Of a stretch of 64,000 nt of DNA, positions 49,309-60,082 are shown piece by piece. The stretch is from an uncultured Chloroflexia bacterium (GTDB taxonomy: Bacteria > Chloroflexota > Anaerolineae > Anaerolineales > Villigracilaceae). Position numbers and translations under genes: made by a program. Positions within the stretch are counted from its first letter, which is position 1. Each line of letters begins with the position of its first letter. The notes under the pieces are model-generated. The model saw only the letters and a program-made list of their open reading frames with translations, did no database searches and was not told the DNA's origin. The stretch spans positions 125,151-189,150 of the forward strand of contig CAWHJM010000006.1 in NCBI GenBank assembly GCA_963829615.1, read 5' to 3'.

Positions 49309-51115
49309 TTACTCCTCCAATTCTTCCCAGCGACGGTAGGCTTGTTGCAGTTCTTCTTCGATGACTTTTAACCTGTCGACCATCTGGCTGACTTCAGCGT
49401 TGTTGCTTTGGTAAAAAGCGGGATCGGACAGGGATGCGTTGAGTTGGGCCTGCTCGGCTTCGAGGGCTTTGATTTTCGATGGCAGTTGGTCAAGTTCGAT
49501 TTGCTCTTTGTAGCTGAGTTTCCTGGATGCCTGCTGTTTTTTAGGGGCGGGTATCGGGGCTGTTTTGCGCGCTTTCATGCTGGCTGCCTGGGTTTCTTGT
49601 TCAGCCTCTTTTTGATCCTGCCAGTCGTCGTAGCCGCCTATAAATTCGCGCACCAGGCCACCCCCGAACATGACCAAGGTGCTGGTTACCAGGTTGTTGA
49701 GGAAGGCTCGGTCATGACTGACCAGGATCAGTGTGCCAGGATAGTCAAGCAACAAGTTTTCCAGAATTTCGAGCGTGTCAATGTCGAGATCGTTGGTGGG
49801 TTCGTCGAGCACCAGCAGGTTCGCGGGGCGGGCTAACAGCCTTGCCAACAGTAGCCGGTTGCGTTCGCCGCCTGAAAGGGCGCTGATCGGGGCATGGACG
49901 CGCTCGCGGCTAAAAAGGAATCCTTCCAGATAGCCAACCAGGTTACGCTCACGCCCATTGATGGTGATGACGTCCCGGCCTTCGCCAACGTTATCTAGGA
50001 TGGACTTGCTCTCATCCAGTTGGGAGCGCAACTGGTCGAAGTAGGCGATTTCCAGGTTCGTACCATGTCGCACGCTACCGCTCTGCGGCTCCAATTCGCC
50101 GAGCAACAGGCGCAAGAGCGTGGTCTTCCCAGAGCCGTTAGGACCAATGATGCCGAGACGGTCGCCGCGCTGGATGGTCAGCTCCAGGCCGTTGACGATC
50201 GGTTTATTGTCAAAAGCGTAGGTCAGGTTTTCGGTTTCGATGACCAGTTTGCCGGAGCGCTGTTCCGCGCCGATTTGCATGCGCACCTTCCCGGGCTGCT
50301 CACGGCGCTGGGCGCGTTCGTTGCGCAAGCGTATCAAGGTTTGGACGCGGCCTTCGTTACGGGTACGACGGGCTTCGATCCCGCGCCGAATCCAGGCTTC
50401 TTCTTGCGCCAACTTTTTGTCGAATAGAACGTTCTGCTCCCGTTCGGCGGCTAACAAGGCTTCCTTGCGTTCAAGGAAAGCGGAATAGTCGCAGTCCCAG
50501 TCAAAGAGATGGCCGCGATCGAGTTCAATAATACGATTGCTCAAGTGCTGCAAGAAAGCGCGATCATGGGTAACAAACAGCAAAGTGCCTCCCCAGCGTT
50601 GGAGAAAGCCTTCCAGCCAGGTGATCGAGTCGATGTCGAGGTGGTTGGTAGGCTCGTCTAAGCAGGAGAAGATTGGGGTTTTGGACCAGACTGCGGGCGA
50701 GTAAGACGCGGCGTTTCAGTCCGGCAGAGAGCAGGTCGAAGGATGCCTCTGCATTGAGCTGCATGCGCGAGATAACCTTATCGACCTGGAGCTGACTCTG
50801 CCAATGGGCCTCGCTTCCGGACTGTGCTGTGGGGCTAGTTTTCAATCCCGAAGACACCACCTGTCGGACGCTTCCCTTCATGCCGAGCGGTATGTCCTGC
50901 GGGAGATAAGCAATACACAAACCCGCCTGGCGGGCAATCTCGCCGCTTTCTGGAGACAGGTCGCCGTGGATGAGTTTGAGCAAGGTGGTTTTGCCCATGC
51001 CGTTCCGACCTAGCAAGCCGATTGCCTGTCCTGGTTCGATCTGGAGGTTGACTTCTTCGAGCAGGGGCGGGCCGCCAAAGCTCAGGGTAACATCTTGAAG
51101 ACTGATCAGTGCCAT
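49309..51115 (-). CDS. ABC-F family ATPase (two ABC domains, C-terminal coiled coil; Uup-like); one frameshift near 50659
   Basis: Walker A motifs are 'GRNGMGKTT' and 'GPNGSGKTT'. Signatures are 'LSAGLKRR' and 'LSGGERNR'. There are no TM domains. 'NPNLLLL|DEPTNHLDIDSITWLEGFL' is restored by deleting one base. ORFs 50564..51115 and 49309..50583 are colinear. Confidence 0.85.
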
Positions 51116-51509
51116 GAGTGCTTGAGTTTAAAGTTTAGAATCCCATAACAAGAATAGAACTTGCTGATATCGTTTTTGTACGATCAAAACATCCATTGGT
51201 GAGGTCCGAGAAAGAGTATACCCTATGGGCACTTTACCAAAATACGCCCTTGGGTTCAGATGTTATCGTGAACATCATGATCAATCGGGTGGATAACCAG
51301 AAGACTGTGCTCGGTGATAATCAAATTGAGAAATGGGAGACGATTGTGATTGATAAGATACAGAGTCACCGATGACTGTGCTGGCTCCCGACAACGTTGT
51401 GATTCTTGCCAGTTATGAGCTCTGTCAAAAGTCTCAAAAACTCCCAACGGCTCGACTTTCCTTGCGTGATATCTACGACCTAGCAGCTTGTCGGAGAGCC
51501 CTAAAATTT

Positions 51510-53120
51510 CTAGACTAAACTTTGATACACAATACGACCATGAAATACCGTCATGGTTACTTGCGTAGAATGGATTTGTTCTTCGGGGATTTCAAATATA
51601 TCCTGATCCAAAACAATCAGATCGGCCAGTTTCCCAGGGGTTAGACTCCCCTGGTCATTTTCCTGACCGCTGGCAATCGCCGCGCCCATCGTGTATCCCC
51701 AGACAGCTTCGGCAAGAGACAACTTTTGCGATGCCTGCCAGCCGCCCTCCGGCGTTCCGTCCCGGCGCTGGCGGGTGACAGCAGCGTGGATGCCCCAGAA
51801 CGGGTTGGGGGAAGCGACCGGGCAATCCGACCCAAGCGCAAGCACAGTGCCCGCGTCCAGCAGATCACGGAAGGCGTAAGCCCATTGTGCGCGCGGTCCA
51901 CAGGCTTTATCGATCATCTGCATATCGTCTGTAAGGTGCAGGGGTTGGACGGAAGCGGTCAACCCTAATGGCCCCAACCGTTTCAAATCATCGGGGTGAC
52001 TATGTTGCACATGCTCGATGCGGTGAGGGATACGCGGTTTCGTATGAGATTCCTGCTCGCTCGTTACCTCGCTGAACACATCCAGCAACTCTCGTACTGC
52101 ACGGTCTCCAATTGCGTGAATAGCAGTTGAGATGCCCGCTCTATGCGCTTTTGAAATTGCTTCGGCCATCTGGCTCATAGGAGTGAGCGGCAACCCCGTG
52201 CCGGCGTCTTCGAATGCCTCGAGCATCCAGGCGGTGCGCGGACCTGTAGCGCCGTCAGAGAAGAATTTGGCCGGGCCGATGCGCAGGAAATCATCTCCGA
52301 AGCCGGTTTGCAGTCCTAATGTAATGGCTTCATCGAGAAGTTCGCCGGGAAGCAATACCCAGGCACGCAGATCAAGTTTGTTCGCTGCCCGTAAGCGCTG
52401 CCAGGCGCGCAAGGCCGGGGGGCCGTCCTCGCCACCCATGATGCGGAAATCGTGTACGCCGGTCAGCCCAAGTTGGTGGACTTTCGTCATAGCCCTGCGC
52501 ATGGCTTCGTCAGTTTGCGCGTCGGTATGCGGCGGCATGACCTCGCGCACCAAATTGATAGCCAACTCTTGCAGAATGCCGGTTGGCTGGCCTGATTCGT
52601 CCCGGTCAATGACACCCATATCCGGGTCTGGCGTGGCCGCATCGATTTCCGCAGTCTGCAACGCCAGCGAATTCACCCAGGCGAGATGCAGATCGGTTCG
52701 CCACAAAATGACCGGGTTATCGGGAGCAACTTTGTCCAGGTCCGAGCGGGAGGGGAGTTTGGGGACGGACCAACGATCCTGATTCCAGCCCTGACCTACG
52801 ATCCATGTCCCGGGTTTGATCTGGCTGACCACAGTCTGTACGCGGCTTTGTATCTCATCCAGTGATTTGGCATCTTCAAGGGTAAGTCCCTGCAAAAAGA
52901 AAGCCCATTCATAGAAGTGGATATGGCTATCAGTCAGGCCCGGTAAAACACGACGCCCTTCCAGATTCACTTCTTTTGTTCTGGGGGTAGCCAATGCTTG
53001 AATCGCAGAATCGTTTCCAACTGCCAGAATTCTTCCATTCTGCAACGCGATTGCGCTGGCGTTGGGAATATCTGGATCCTGAGTGTACAATTTTCCGTTA
53101 TAAAGAATTAGATCGGGCAT
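51510..53120 (-). CDS. Amidohydrolase-3 (YtcJ-like) metal-dependent hydrolase
   Basis: 'LPGLTDSHIHF', 'AIHAIGDRA' and 'HVQH' are present, with the C-terminal 'GSLTPGKLADLIVLD'. Size is 536 aa. Confidence 0.8.
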   Translation of the reverse strand: MPDLILYNGKLYTQDPDIPNASAIALQNGRILAVGNDSAIQALATPRTKEVNLEGRRVLPGLTDSHIHFYEWAFFLQGLTLEDAKSLDEIQSRVQTVVSQIKPGTWIVGQGWNQDRWSVPKLPSRSDLDKVAPDNPVILWRTDLHLAWVNSLALQTAEIDAATPDPDMGVIDRDESGQPTGILQELAINLVREVMPPHTDAQTDEAMRRAMTKVHQLGLTGVHDFRIMGGEDGPPALRAWQRLRAANKLDLRAWVLLPGELLDEAITLGLQTGFGDDFLRIGPAKFFSDGATGPRTAWMLEAFEDAGTGLPLTPMSQMAEAISKAHRAGISTAIHAIGDRAVRELLDVFSEVTSEQESHTKPRIPHRIEHVQHSHPDDLKRLGPLGLTASVQPLHLTDDMQMIDKACGPRAQWAYAFRDLLDAGTVLALGSDCPVASPNPFWGIHAAVTRQRRDGTPEGGWQASQKLSLAEAVWGYTMGAAIASGQENDQGSLTPGKLADLIVLDQDIFEIPEEQIHSTQVTMTVFHGRIVYQSLV

Positions 53121-53148
53121 AGTATCTCCAAAAAGTTAATATTCATTA

Positions 53149-54234
53149 TTATGTCGTAATCAAAAAGCCTTCAGGGAAAGGATCCTCGGGCGTTAGTACA
53201 AAATGTTGAAGTCCCGTAATATGCGCGGCTCCGCTAATCTCAGGGATAATCGCTGGCAGCTTTTCCCCGGTTGCCGGATTCGTTATCGAAGATTCTCTCA
53301 CGATGCGCGCATCGAAGGTGGTTCCCAGCAGTCCCTCGTTGACGAACAGCTCCCCAACATCCAATTGACCCCGCTTGTGAAGCAGAGCCAGCTTTGCGCA
53401 CGTGCCTGTACCGCATGGCGAACGGTCCACATGCCCTTCACCCAGAACTACAAAATTCTTACCTCGCTTGTCCTTGTGGCCGCGCGGATCGAAGAACTCG
53501 ACTACGTCAATCGTGTTGATGTACTCTCTCTGAGGGTGCTGCACTTCTAACTGCGCGTTGCCAGCCTCGATTATATCCATCCCTAATCGCGCCAACTGCG
53601 GAGCATTCTCAATCGTCAGGTCCAGATCAATTTGGTCCGCAGAAACCATCACAAAAAAGCCGCCGGTAAAAGAGACGTCTACTTGGATGTTCCCGAGGCC
53701 GGGCACTTGCAGAGTCTGATTGAGCAGATAAGCAAAGGAAATCTCAGGACGGATCGCAACTGAATCGACCCGCCACCTGCGACCGTCATGATGAGGTTTT
53801 TCACGTACCTGAGCGATTGTCTCCCAGGGGCCCGAAGGCGTGTCAACAACCACGCGTGTTTCTGGGGATTTGGCTTCGAGCAGTCCCAATTCGATCATGG
53901 CACTGACGGCCGCGATGGTGGCATGTCCGCACAGGTAGGGATAACGCCGCGCGTCCATGTACACGAGCCCAAAGGCTGCATTATCACTTTCAGGCTCCAC
54001 TAGGATAGAGGCAAACATATCGCGATGGCCGCGAGGTTCGCGGGTAACGCGTAGACGGATGTTATCCAGGTTTTCAGATAAGAACAAACGTTTATCATTG
54101 GTTGTTTTGCCAGGAACCTCCGGCAATCCCGCAACGATGAGGCGGGCGGGCTCCCCTCCTACGTGAGAATCAATCGCCAGAAGTGTCTGATCGAAGGCCT
54201 GGTGGAATGCACTTTCTATTTTATCGGCTTGCAT
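53149..54234 (-). CDS. Proline racemase family enzyme, Cys/Cys type (4-hydroxyproline 2-epimerase or proline racemase)
   Basis: 'DSHVGGEP', 'YLCGHATIA' and 'DRSPCGTGTCAKLA' are present. Both catalytic-position cysteines are there, aligned by memory to P. aeruginosa PA1268 (GMCGH / SPCGTG). Confidence 0.8.
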   Translation of the reverse strand: MQADKIESAFHQAFDQTLLAIDSHVGGEPARLIVAGLPEVPGKTTNDKRLFLSENLDNIRLRVTREPRGHRDMFASILVEPESDNAAFGLVYMDARRYPYLCGHATIAAVSAMIELGLLEAKSPETRVVVDTPSGPWETIAQVREKPHHDGRRWRVDSVAIRPEISFAYLLNQTLQVPGLGNIQVDVSFTGGFFVMVSADQIDLDLTIENAPQLARLGMDIIEAGNAQLEVQHPQREYINTIDVVEFFDPRGHKDKRGKNFVVLGEGHVDRSPCGTGTCAKLALLHKRGQLDVGELFVNEGLLGTTFDARIVRESSITNPATGEKLPAIIPEISGAAHITGLQHFVLTPEDPFPEGFLITT

Positions 54235-54238
54235 TGTT

Positions 54239-54946
54239 TCAATCCCAAAGCGCTTTCTTCAAATCTTTAAACTCTTCCGCATATCCATCTACTCTGTTCC
54301 TCCCCAATTCCAGCACATAGACATAGTCAGCGATTTTCAGAGCCTGTCGGATTTCCTGATCAACCAAAATGATGGTCAGACCATCATTATCGCGCAAATC
54401 GGTCAACATCTTGTAGACTTCGGCTGATAGCATTTTTGCCAGTCCCGCCGTAGGTTCATCCACTAAAATGACCTTGGGATCGGTCATCAAGGTGCGTCCC
54501 ACCTCGACCATACGCTGCATGCCACCGGAGAGCAACCCGGCATCGTCATGTTTCCGATCCCGCAACATGGGAAAACGTTGGTAATTTTCTTCCAACTTTT
54601 CTTGCACTCTCTCATGATCTTGCCGGAATGTCCATGCTCCGAGTGTGAGATTGTCTTCTACGGACATGAACGGGAATACGCTTGAATGCTGCGGAATGTA
54701 TGATATTCCCTGGTTGATCAATTGGTGGGAAGGCACCTTGGTAATGTTTTTTCCATCCAACAAAATTTGTCCCGCTCGTGGTTTTAAGAAACCGTAGATA
54801 GCTTTCAAGAGTGTGGACTTTCCAACACCATTGGCTCCGAGTACAGTCACAATTTGGGCTTCTTGGGCTACAAGCGAGACTCCTTGCAGGATATCGAGGT
54901 CTTTGTAATATCCCACATACAGATCTTTGATTTCAATCATCTTCAT
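54239..54946 (-). CDS. livF: Branched-chain/hydrophobic amino acid (HAAT) ABC transporter ATPase, LivF-type
   Basis: 'GANGVGKSTLLK', 'LSGGMQRM' and 'ILVDEP' are present. Size is 235 aa. Confidence 0.85.
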   Translation of the reverse strand: MKMIEIKDLYVGYYKDLDILQGVSLVAQEAQIVTVLGANGVGKSTLLKAIYGFLKPRAGQILLDGKNITKVPSHQLINQGISYIPQHSSVFPFMSVEDNLTLGAWTFRQDHERVQEKLEENYQRFPMLRDRKHDDAGLLSGGMQRMVEVGRTLMTDPKVILVDEPTAGLAKMLSAEVYKMLTDLRDNDGLTIILVDQEIRQALKIADYVYVLELGRNRVDGYAEEFKDLKKALWD

Positions 54947-55658
54947 CTTCTCCCAAATAGGCCTCGATCACGCGTGGATCATTTTTGATAACTTCGGGCT
55001 TTCCATCCGCAAGCACCTCCCCGAAATTCAACACCACCAGTCGGTTGCTAAGCGTAAAAATGGATGACATATCGTGGCTGATGATGATGAAAGACTTCCC
55101 TTGAGCATGGACTGTATTGATGTATTCAAAGATCATCTCCATTAACTTTGGATGAACGCCTGCAAAAGGCTCATCCAAGATGAGCAGATCGAGGTCTGTC
55201 ATCAACAATTGCCCCAATTCCAAAAGTTTCTGTTGCCCGCCCGAGAGGCTGCGGGCGTAATCGTTTTGCAAATGGTCCATACCGAGGAAGTCCAACACTT
55301 CACGGGCGCGCTTTTTTGCACTCGAATGCTTTTTGTCAGGATGGACAGCTAAGGCGGGTACCAGCAAATTCTCCATGACGGTCATGCGCCGAAAAGCGCG
55401 AGTTACTTGAAACGTTCGCCCGAGTCCACGCCGAAGGACCTCGTTTGGTTTCAAACTCGTAATATCTTTGTCGTTAAAGATCAGTTTTCCACTATCAGGG
55501 GTGTAAAACCCGGTGATGGTATTCACAAATGTGGTTTTTCCTGCTCCATTGGGGCCGATGACACCGATTAATTCGTCATCTCCAATCGTTAACGATACGC
55601 CATTTAATGCCTGAATGCCACCAAAGCTTTTAGAGATGTTTTGAATTTCAAGCTTCAT
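54933..55658 (-). CDS. livG: HAAT ABC transporter ATPase, LivG-type
   Basis: 'GPNGAGKTT', 'LSGGQQKLLE' and 'LILDEPFAG' are present. The likely start is the 'MKLEIQNISKSFGG' Met at 55658; the ORF track extends to 55772. Confidence 0.85.
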   Translation of the reverse strand: MKLEIQNISKSFGGIQALNGVSLTIGDDELIGVIGPNGAGKTTFVNTITGFYTPDSGKLIFNDKDITSLKPNEVLRRGLGRTFQVTRAFRRMTVMENLLVPALAVHPDKKHSSAKKRAREVLDFLGMDHLQNDYARSLSGGQQKLLELGQLLMTDLDLLILDEPFAGVHPKLMEMIFEYINTVHAQGKSFIIISHDMSSIFTLSNRLVVLNFGEVLADGKPEVIKNDPRVIEAYLGEDEDD

Positions 55659-56652
55659 CGGACTCCGCCTCCTGTGTGGTTGCATTGTGAAGAGCGCTCT
55701 TTCGCAATTCAGCTTTAGGAGCTGTGCCGGTAATCTTTTGCAGTAATGGGGCGACGATTCCGTTTCGGGCAAAACGCAAGGTAAGGATCAGTAAGATGCC
55801 AAAAATCACCAAACGCCAGGCTCCGAATTCTCGCAATAATTCTAAACCTACCTGGAGAATGATTCCCCCGAATACTGCGGCAAGCAAACTTTCCACACCG
55901 CCGATGATTGCCATGGCAATGACCAGGCCCATCTGCGGAATGATCAAGATATTGGGCGTGATGATCGTAATGTAATGCGCAAAGAATCCACCAGCCAATC
56001 CGGCGATCATACTAGTCACTACGAAGGTGAGAACCTTATAGCGTACAACGTTCACCCCTCGTGCGGCAGCAGCTTCCTCGTCTTCACGAATCGAGCGCAG
56101 GAAAAGACCGATGCGGGAGTTTGCCATCCAGTACATCAATAACAGGCAGACCAACAAAACGGCTAGCATTGTATAGTAGTAGGGTACACGGGAAATAACT
56201 TCCGTGCCAAATAAAGGGGCCACACTTAATCCTTGATCCCCTCGAGTGATTTGGGACTCGCCTTTAAGAATCATGCGCAGGATTTCAGAAAATGCAATGG
56301 TAAACAGCGCCAGATATGAGGCCTTGAAACGCAAAACCAGAGCGCCAATAGCCAAACCGGTCACGCCAGCCATAAGTGTCCCTAAAAGAATCCCCAAAAG
56401 CGGGGGGATATTGAGATATTTGCCAAGTAAACCGGTTGTATACGCGCCCACAGCCATGAGTGCCATGTGCCCAAATGAGAATTGTCCTGCGTATCCAGCC
56501 AGGAGAGCCCAACTGGCCGCCAATATAGCATAGAAATAGGCAATGATGATGACGTGCAGCCAATAAGTCTGCAACATCAGTGGGGCCAATAATGCAGCCA
56601 ACAAAGCTACAATCGTTAGAATCCATTGCGGTTTGCGGAGGGTATGGCTCAC
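55648..56652 (-). CDS. livM: HAAT ABC transporter permease, LivM-type
   Basis: It is polytopic. 'LLAGYAGQFSFGHMALMAVGAYT' is the typical LivM motif. Confidence 0.85.
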   Translation of the reverse strand: MSHTLRKPQWILTIVALLAALLAPLMLQTYWLHVIIIAYFYAILAASWALLAGYAGQFSFGHMALMAVGAYTTGLLGKYLNIPPLLGILLGTLMAGVTGLAIGALVLRFKASYLALFTIAFSEILRMILKGESQITRGDQGLSVAPLFGTEVISRVPYYYTMLAVLLVCLLLMYWMANSRIGLFLRSIREDEEAAAARGVNVVRYKVLTFVVTSMIAGLAGGFFAHYITIITPNILIIPQMGLVIAMAIIGGVESLLAAVFGGIILQVGLELLREFGAWRLVIFGILLILTLRFARNGIVAPLLQKITGTAPKAELRKSALHNATTQEAESDEA

Positions 56653-57542
56653 GATTGCCTCCTTCCAAAGAAACCGGTCGGCTTGAAGAGCAACACCAAC
56701 GCAAAAATGACCAGTCCAAAGGCGGTTTTATAGCTTAGACCACGACTGGGATCCGGGAAGTAACCAGCTCCCAGGCTTTCGACCAGACCGATCATTACAC
56801 CCCCGAGGATGCTCCCGGGAATTGAGCCCATTCCTCCTAAAACGATGATGACGTATGACCGTATCGAGGGAACAGCCCCAACGTCTGGTGCGATCGAAAA
56901 CGTTGGAGCCAGCAGGGCACCGGCCAGAGCTGCCAGTCCAACGCCGAGGGCGAAAGCAATGGTATTCATGCGCAGCGGATTAATCCCTACAACCGCAGCT
57001 GCGTCCTTATTTTGGCTGACCGCTTGTAAGGCCTTGCCAATCCATGTTTTGTTAATAAGCAGAAGCAATGAAAACAACAAGACCAATGACATGACGCCTG
57101 CAGTCAATCGGTCGGCGCTGACTCTGACGATTCCTAAATCCACAGAGCCTGGGAAAAAAGATGGCGGCCGATGCGGGTAAGGGCCAAAAACTGCCAGAGC
57201 CAGGTTTTGTAAAAAGAAAGATAAACCAAAGGTAATGAGTACAGCATACTCAGGAGGTCGCTCGATTTTTCCCAGATGCATTGGACGTAAGAAAAGAAAT
57301 TCGAAAACCAGACCTATGACTGAGACAAGTAAACCGCTCACCAAGACGGCAATGAAGGGGTTGAGTCCGGTGAATAGCGTTAGGAGAAAATATGAAAAAT
57401 ATCCTCCTAACATATAAAACTCGCCGTGGGCAAAGTTGATCACATTGAGAATGGAGAAAATCAGCGTCAATCCCAATGCCATTAACGCATAGATGATTCC
57501 CATAATCACCCCGGTTGTAGATAAGGCCATAAAGTATTCCAT
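56649..57542 (-). CDS. livH: HAAT ABC transporter permease, LivH-type
   Basis: 'VINFAHGEFYMLGGY' is present and the protein is polytopic. Confidence 0.85.
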   Translation of the reverse strand: MEYFMALSTTGVIMGIIYALMALGLTLIFSILNVINFAHGEFYMLGGYFSYFLLTLFTGLNPFIAVLVSGLLVSVIGLVFEFLFLRPMHLGKIERPPEYAVLITFGLSFFLQNLALAVFGPYPHRPPSFFPGSVDLGIVRVSADRLTAGVMSLVLLFSLLLLINKTWIGKALQAVSQNKDAAAVVGINPLRMNTIAFALGVGLAALAGALLAPTFSIAPDVGAVPSIRSYVIIVLGGMGSIPGSILGGVMIGLVESLGAGYFPDPSRGLSYKTAFGLVIFALVLLFKPTGFFGRRQS

Positions 57543-57638
57543 CGATTGTCCTCCAGATGGTCCCCACGTGTAGATAATTTTGAAAAAGTGGTCTTCCGGT
57601 TGAAAAACCGGAAGACCACTTTTGTGTAAAAGGATTAG

Positions 57639-58970
57639 CTACGGAGAAGTATACAAAGGCCCATTTGCGCGTTCTTGCGGAAATACAACCGGTGCATCCC
57701 CAAGGCTCTGATTTGCCTCGGTGTACTGGATGATATAGGTATTTGGCGTAGGCCACTGATGCCACATCCAGGCAGGTTGATCTGCAGGAACGGGGTTGTC
57801 TGCTGTATATTTGAACCAGAAATCACCCATCACCCCGGTGTATTTAATAGTTTCCAACGAATCGATGATGGCCTGAGAATCGGTGGTCCCCGCTTCTTCG
57901 ATAGCCTTCAACAAGAGATAGGTGGAGTCGTAGGCCGCCATAGCTGAACCACCCGGTGTTTGCTTGTAGCGCTCTTCGTAGTTTGCAATGAATGTCCCGG
58001 TCTTATCGTTCCAGAGTGACTCGGGCAAGCCTACATAGGTGAAGAAGACGTACTGGCCACAATCGCCCACATTCTCCCAAAACTCAGGATATTGCGAATC
58101 AACACTGGCATAGTAGGCCGTATCGGCGGTTGGTGCAAGGCCCAAATCACAGGCCTGGCGCAGCATACGACTGTTGCCGATACCAGTGATCACGCCAGCC
58201 AACATGTCCGGCGGGTCTTGCTGGATGCGTTGTAAAATGGGAGTAAAGTCTTCGGTAGCAGGATCGGCAAAAAAAACTTGGACATCAGTAATTCCCAGGT
58301 TTGCCAACTGGTCAGTCCAAGATTCCGCCTGCAAATGACCATAGTCCGTATCCTCGACTACAAACACAATTTTTTTCCAACCGACTTGCGCGATGTAGTT
58401 AGTGGCAATGCTGCTGTAGAAGTCAATCGACGGCGCAATACGGAAAATTTCAGGATAACCGCTGGATGTGATCTCATCTGCCCAGGTTTCGGCCTGAACA
58501 AAAGGAACTCCATATTTGTGGGCTACTTCTATCTCTGTCAACCCAACACCGCTATGATATTCGCCTGTAAGGCCGACAACCTTGTTCTGAGTGATCAAGC
58601 GCTCCACTACGGCTGTGCCTCGTTCGGGTAACCCTTCGGTATCACCGAAGATAAGCTCTACTTGCTTTCCAAGAACCCCACCAGCATCATTGATTTCGTC
58701 AACTGCCATCTCAGTAGCATTTCGCATTTCAGTACCAGCCTGGAATGAGCCTGGCGCTGACAGGGGACCGACCCCACCAATCAAAATGGTGTCTCCTTCG
58801 GGCATGGCCTCGGCTGGCGCTTCTGTTGCTGCCGCAGGTGCCTCCACCGTAACCTGGACCTCCTTAGTCACAACAACAGTTTCAACGACCGTTTTTGGTG
58901 CGCAGCCTGCAATCAGCGCTACAACCAAGAAGATGGCGATTAATCCAAATATCTTGTTTCTTTTATACAT
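57639..58970 (-). CDS. HAAT ABC transporter substrate-binding lipoprotein (LivK/Peripla_BP_6-like)
   Basis: It has a lipobox (LIAGCAP) and a type-I periplasmic binding fold pattern. It is the first gene of the transporter operon. Confidence 0.8.
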   Translation of the reverse strand: MYKRNKIFGLIAIFLVVALIAGCAPKTVVETVVVTKEVQVTVEAPAAATEAPAEAMPEGDTILIGGVGPLSAPGSFQAGTEMRNATEMAVDEINDAGGVLGKQVELIFGDTEGLPERGTAVVERLITQNKVVGLTGEYHSGVGLTEIEVAHKYGVPFVQAETWADEITSSGYPEIFRIAPSIDFYSSIATNYIAQVGWKKIVFVVEDTDYGHLQAESWTDQLANLGITDVQVFFADPATEDFTPILQRIQQDPPDMLAGVITGIGNSRMLRQACDLGLAPTADTAYYASVDSQYPEFWENVGDCGQYVFFTYVGLPESLWNDKTGTFIANYEERYKQTPGGSAMAAYDSTYLLLKAIEEAGTTDSQAIIDSLETIKYTGVMGDFWFKYTADNPVPADQPAWMWHQWPTPNTYIIQYTEANQSLGDAPVVFPQERANGPLYTSP

Positions 58971-59063
58971 CGTTCCTCCTTTGACTTTTTTCTGTTTTCT
59001 CAGTGATATATCGATCTGTTATTTCGCAATTTTTATGGGCGGCCTCCTTTCTGACTGTGCTTT

Positions 59064-59778
59064 CTATTCAATGTCAGACTTTTCGAATATAAGATCAGCC
59101 AGGTTAGTCCAGGCTTCCTCCACTGCTTCAGTAGCTGCCTGACAGGCTAAATTCCCGTCACCAGCTTCCAAGGCCTCCAAGAGACGGGTATGCTGAAAGC
59201 GATCGCGCTCTCCCCACTTGAGGCGCGTCTCCAGGCCAATTTCTGTCTTCACGGTTCGGCTGTATAGCATCAGGGGATCGATCCAGTCCAAGACCTGGCG
59301 GAGGGTACGGATGAGAAAGCGGCGTTGGCTGGCTTCGATGAATATTTCGTGGAACCTTCTATTCGCTTCACGCGCTCTCGGGACTGATTCGGGATCGTTG
59401 CTCACAATGGTATCTGCCAGAATATCCCGCATTTCCTGTAGCTGTTCAGGCATGATGCTCTTGGCTGCACTTTTTGCAGCCAGGCCCTCCAAGACTGCGC
59501 GCATCGCATAGATATCTTCCAGTTCAGCAGGGGAGAGCGTCGCAACGCGAACCCCTTTATAGGGGATGCGGACCGCCAGGCCCTCACCGACAAGTTGATT
59601 GAGCGCATCTCGGACAGTGGCTTGACTCACATTCCAATTCATCTGCCAGGTTTTCCTGCCGAAGCCATTCGCCGGGTTCAAATTCACCTTCGAGAATTGT
59701 TTTTCGCAATGTGCGAAAAACGCCTTCAGCGAGGCTTTCTCTAGTATGTTGTAAAACAATTGGTTTTCGTTTAGACAT
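59064..59778 (-). CDS. GntR-family (FCD subfamily) transcriptional regulator; one frameshift near 59635
   Basis: The N-terminal piece 'MSKRKPIVLQHTRESLAEGVFRTLRKTILEGEFEPGEWLRQENLADEL' (ORF 59584..59778) continues as 'NVSQATVRDALNQLVGEGLAVRIPYKGVRVA...' (ORF 59064..59759) after removing one G of a GG. The C-terminus is helical and FCD-like. Confidence 0.8.
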
Positions 59779-59797
59779 ATTTTAATTGGGACCTTGT

Positions 59798-59825
59798 AAT
59801 TATCGATTATCGATAATCGATAATT
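59798..59825. promoter_or_regulatory. Perfect 28-bp palindrome with three ATCGAT cores at 7-bp spacing; candidate GntR operator
   Basis: AATTATCGATTATCGATAATCGATAATT equals its own reverse complement. It lies 20 bp upstream of the GntR start codon (59778, minus strand). Confidence 0.55.
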
Positions 59826-60082
59826 TACTTTAACAAATTAAATGCTATTTGTCAATAATGTGTTTTATTAAAGCTTAAAAAAACACACTCTTTGAGAAGC
59901 TTTGGAGATGTGATAGATGAAAAAACATTCGACATCATGGGTTTGCAATTTCTGAATATCAAGTGGGCACGGAAGTATTCGTCAGAGCATAGTGGAGATC
60001 CCTGAAGGGGGAACCACAACCTTAACATCCCCTTTCGGGGGCATGGATGTGACACAAAGAGCCACCAAAATGGTGATTTTTG

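Noticed and set aside
51256-51447. 63-aa minus-strand ORF (and 11234..11428, 64 aa) in intergenic gaps as real genes or toxin-antitoxin components
   Set aside because: Neither has a recognisable motif, a convincing RBS or a partner ORF. They are left unannotated.
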